Assembly (NCBI GenBank): GCA_964632375.1
Contig: CAZWBO010000003.1
Coordinates: 3,678-46,023, forward strand
Reading direction: 5' to 3'
Origin: an uncultured Candidatus Peribacteria bacterium
GTDB taxonomy: Bacteria > Patescibacteriota > Gracilibacteria > Peribacterales > Peribacteraceae
DNA: 42,346 nt
Shown here: positions 41,901 to 42,346 of the stretch, one piece after another
How positions within the stretch are numbered: the first letter of the stretch is position 1
Layout: every line of letters starts with the position of its first letter
Notes under the pieces: generated by a model
Told to the model about the DNA's origin: nothing
The model's database searches: none
Seen by the model: the letters and a program-made list of their open reading frames with translations, nothing else
Program-made: the position numbers and the translations under genes

Positions 41901-42346
41901 TAAATTATTGGTTCCTCAAACGTCTCCTCCGCCGGCACTTCTTCTTTCTTAGGCGGTGCCGACGCGGCTTCGTCCCATTTCTTCAAATTTTCCTCCACCT
42001 GCGCCTTGGGCGTGCAGTACTTCGCGCGCGACTGGGCGATGATCTGCGGGGTGTAGTCGTGCTCGATTGCGGGTGCGTCGAGCGTGCGACCCGAGAACGC
42101 CTCACGCTGCTCGCCGTTCACCTGCATCTTGATGTAGAACTCGCGCACACCGAGGTTGATGATGTCGCGCTCTTTGAAGATAGGATTGTACTCACCTTCC
42201 AGAATCCTCGCGTCCTCGGCGCCCACGCGGAAGCTGATCATCGATCCCACGTTGCCGAACACCGTCTCGCGCACCACGTCCGAAAGCTGGCCCATGTACT
42301 GGTGCGCGATGGTCAGGTTCAGACGGTATTTGCGCGCTTCCGAGAG
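41900..42346 (-). CDS. C-terminal part of a VirD4/TraD/TraG-like type IV secretion coupling protein (5' end outside the window)
   Basis: The frame is open to the window edge: ...SEARKYRLNLTIAHQYMGQLSDVVRETVFGNVGSMISFRVGAEDARILEGEY... This matches the conserved C-terminal core of coupling-protein / DNA-binding-domain ATPases. Confidence 0.7.
   Translation of the reverse strand, partial: LSEARKYRLNLTIAHQYMGQLSDVVRETVFGNVGSMISFRVGAEDARILEGEYNPIFKERDIINLGVREFYIKMQVNGEQREAFSGRTLDAPAIEHDYTPQIIAQSRAKYCTPKAQVEENLKKWDEAASAPPKKEEVPAEETFEEPII

Overview
GC-rich (by eye about 60% or more in most genes), densely coding bacterial fragment. It reads with the standard bacterial code: TGA terminates conserved genes such as the nuoF-like gene, rplQ and purE.

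Gene order, left to right:
- 1-2675 (minus): partial [FeFe]-hydrogenase gene, a minimal NuoF-like partner and a translationally coupled membrane protein.
- 2752-6512: divergent cluster of four type IV pilin-like genes, one fused to an LVIVD beta-propeller.
- 6677-11500: small envelope or metal-flavoured genes (GlsB-like, Met/Gly/His-rich secreted protein, zinc-ribbon protein, Cys-rich membrane protein) beside a SERCA/PacL-type P-type ATPase.
- 12070-19140: DUF1704/QEGLA metalloprotease-like gene, a secreted cysteine-rich-repeat protein, an IS30-like HTH remnant, a kinase-like orphan, a membrane-anchored SAM methyltransferase, comEC and rsmA.
- 19141-22034: lower-GC stretch. An orphan class-I DAHP synthase is preceded by an aromatic-rich leader ORF and followed by about 1.5 kb of short promoter/terminator-bounded units and a large inverted-repeat element.
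- 22035-27601: map-infA-rpmJ-rpsM-rpsK-rpsD-rpoA-rplQ-rplM-rpsI.
- 27645-28482: two lower-GC orphans.
- 28686-41741: surface region. Two paralogous GT-C/TPR (TMTC/PMT-like) membrane proteins bracket a lipoprotein, purE-purK, uppP and two giant secreted multidomain proteins.
- 41900-42346: 3' end of a VirD4/TraD-like coupling-protein gene.

No rRNA, tRNA or CRISPR array was found. Most starts lack a Shine-Dalgarno and several look leaderless. Gene boundaries carry families of AT-rich 7-9-nt tandem oligorepeats. The gene content is reminiscent of Patescibacteria/CPR-like lineages, but that is inference only.

Best candidates for something new:
- The TMTC-like / UppP / giant Ser-rich protein module, a possible protein O-glycosylation and cell-surface system.
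- The FGYWFSF leader peptide upstream of DAHP synthase.
- The low-GC metzincin-like cassette inside a giant gene.
- The oligorepeat families, one of which lies in frame inside rsmA and comEC.
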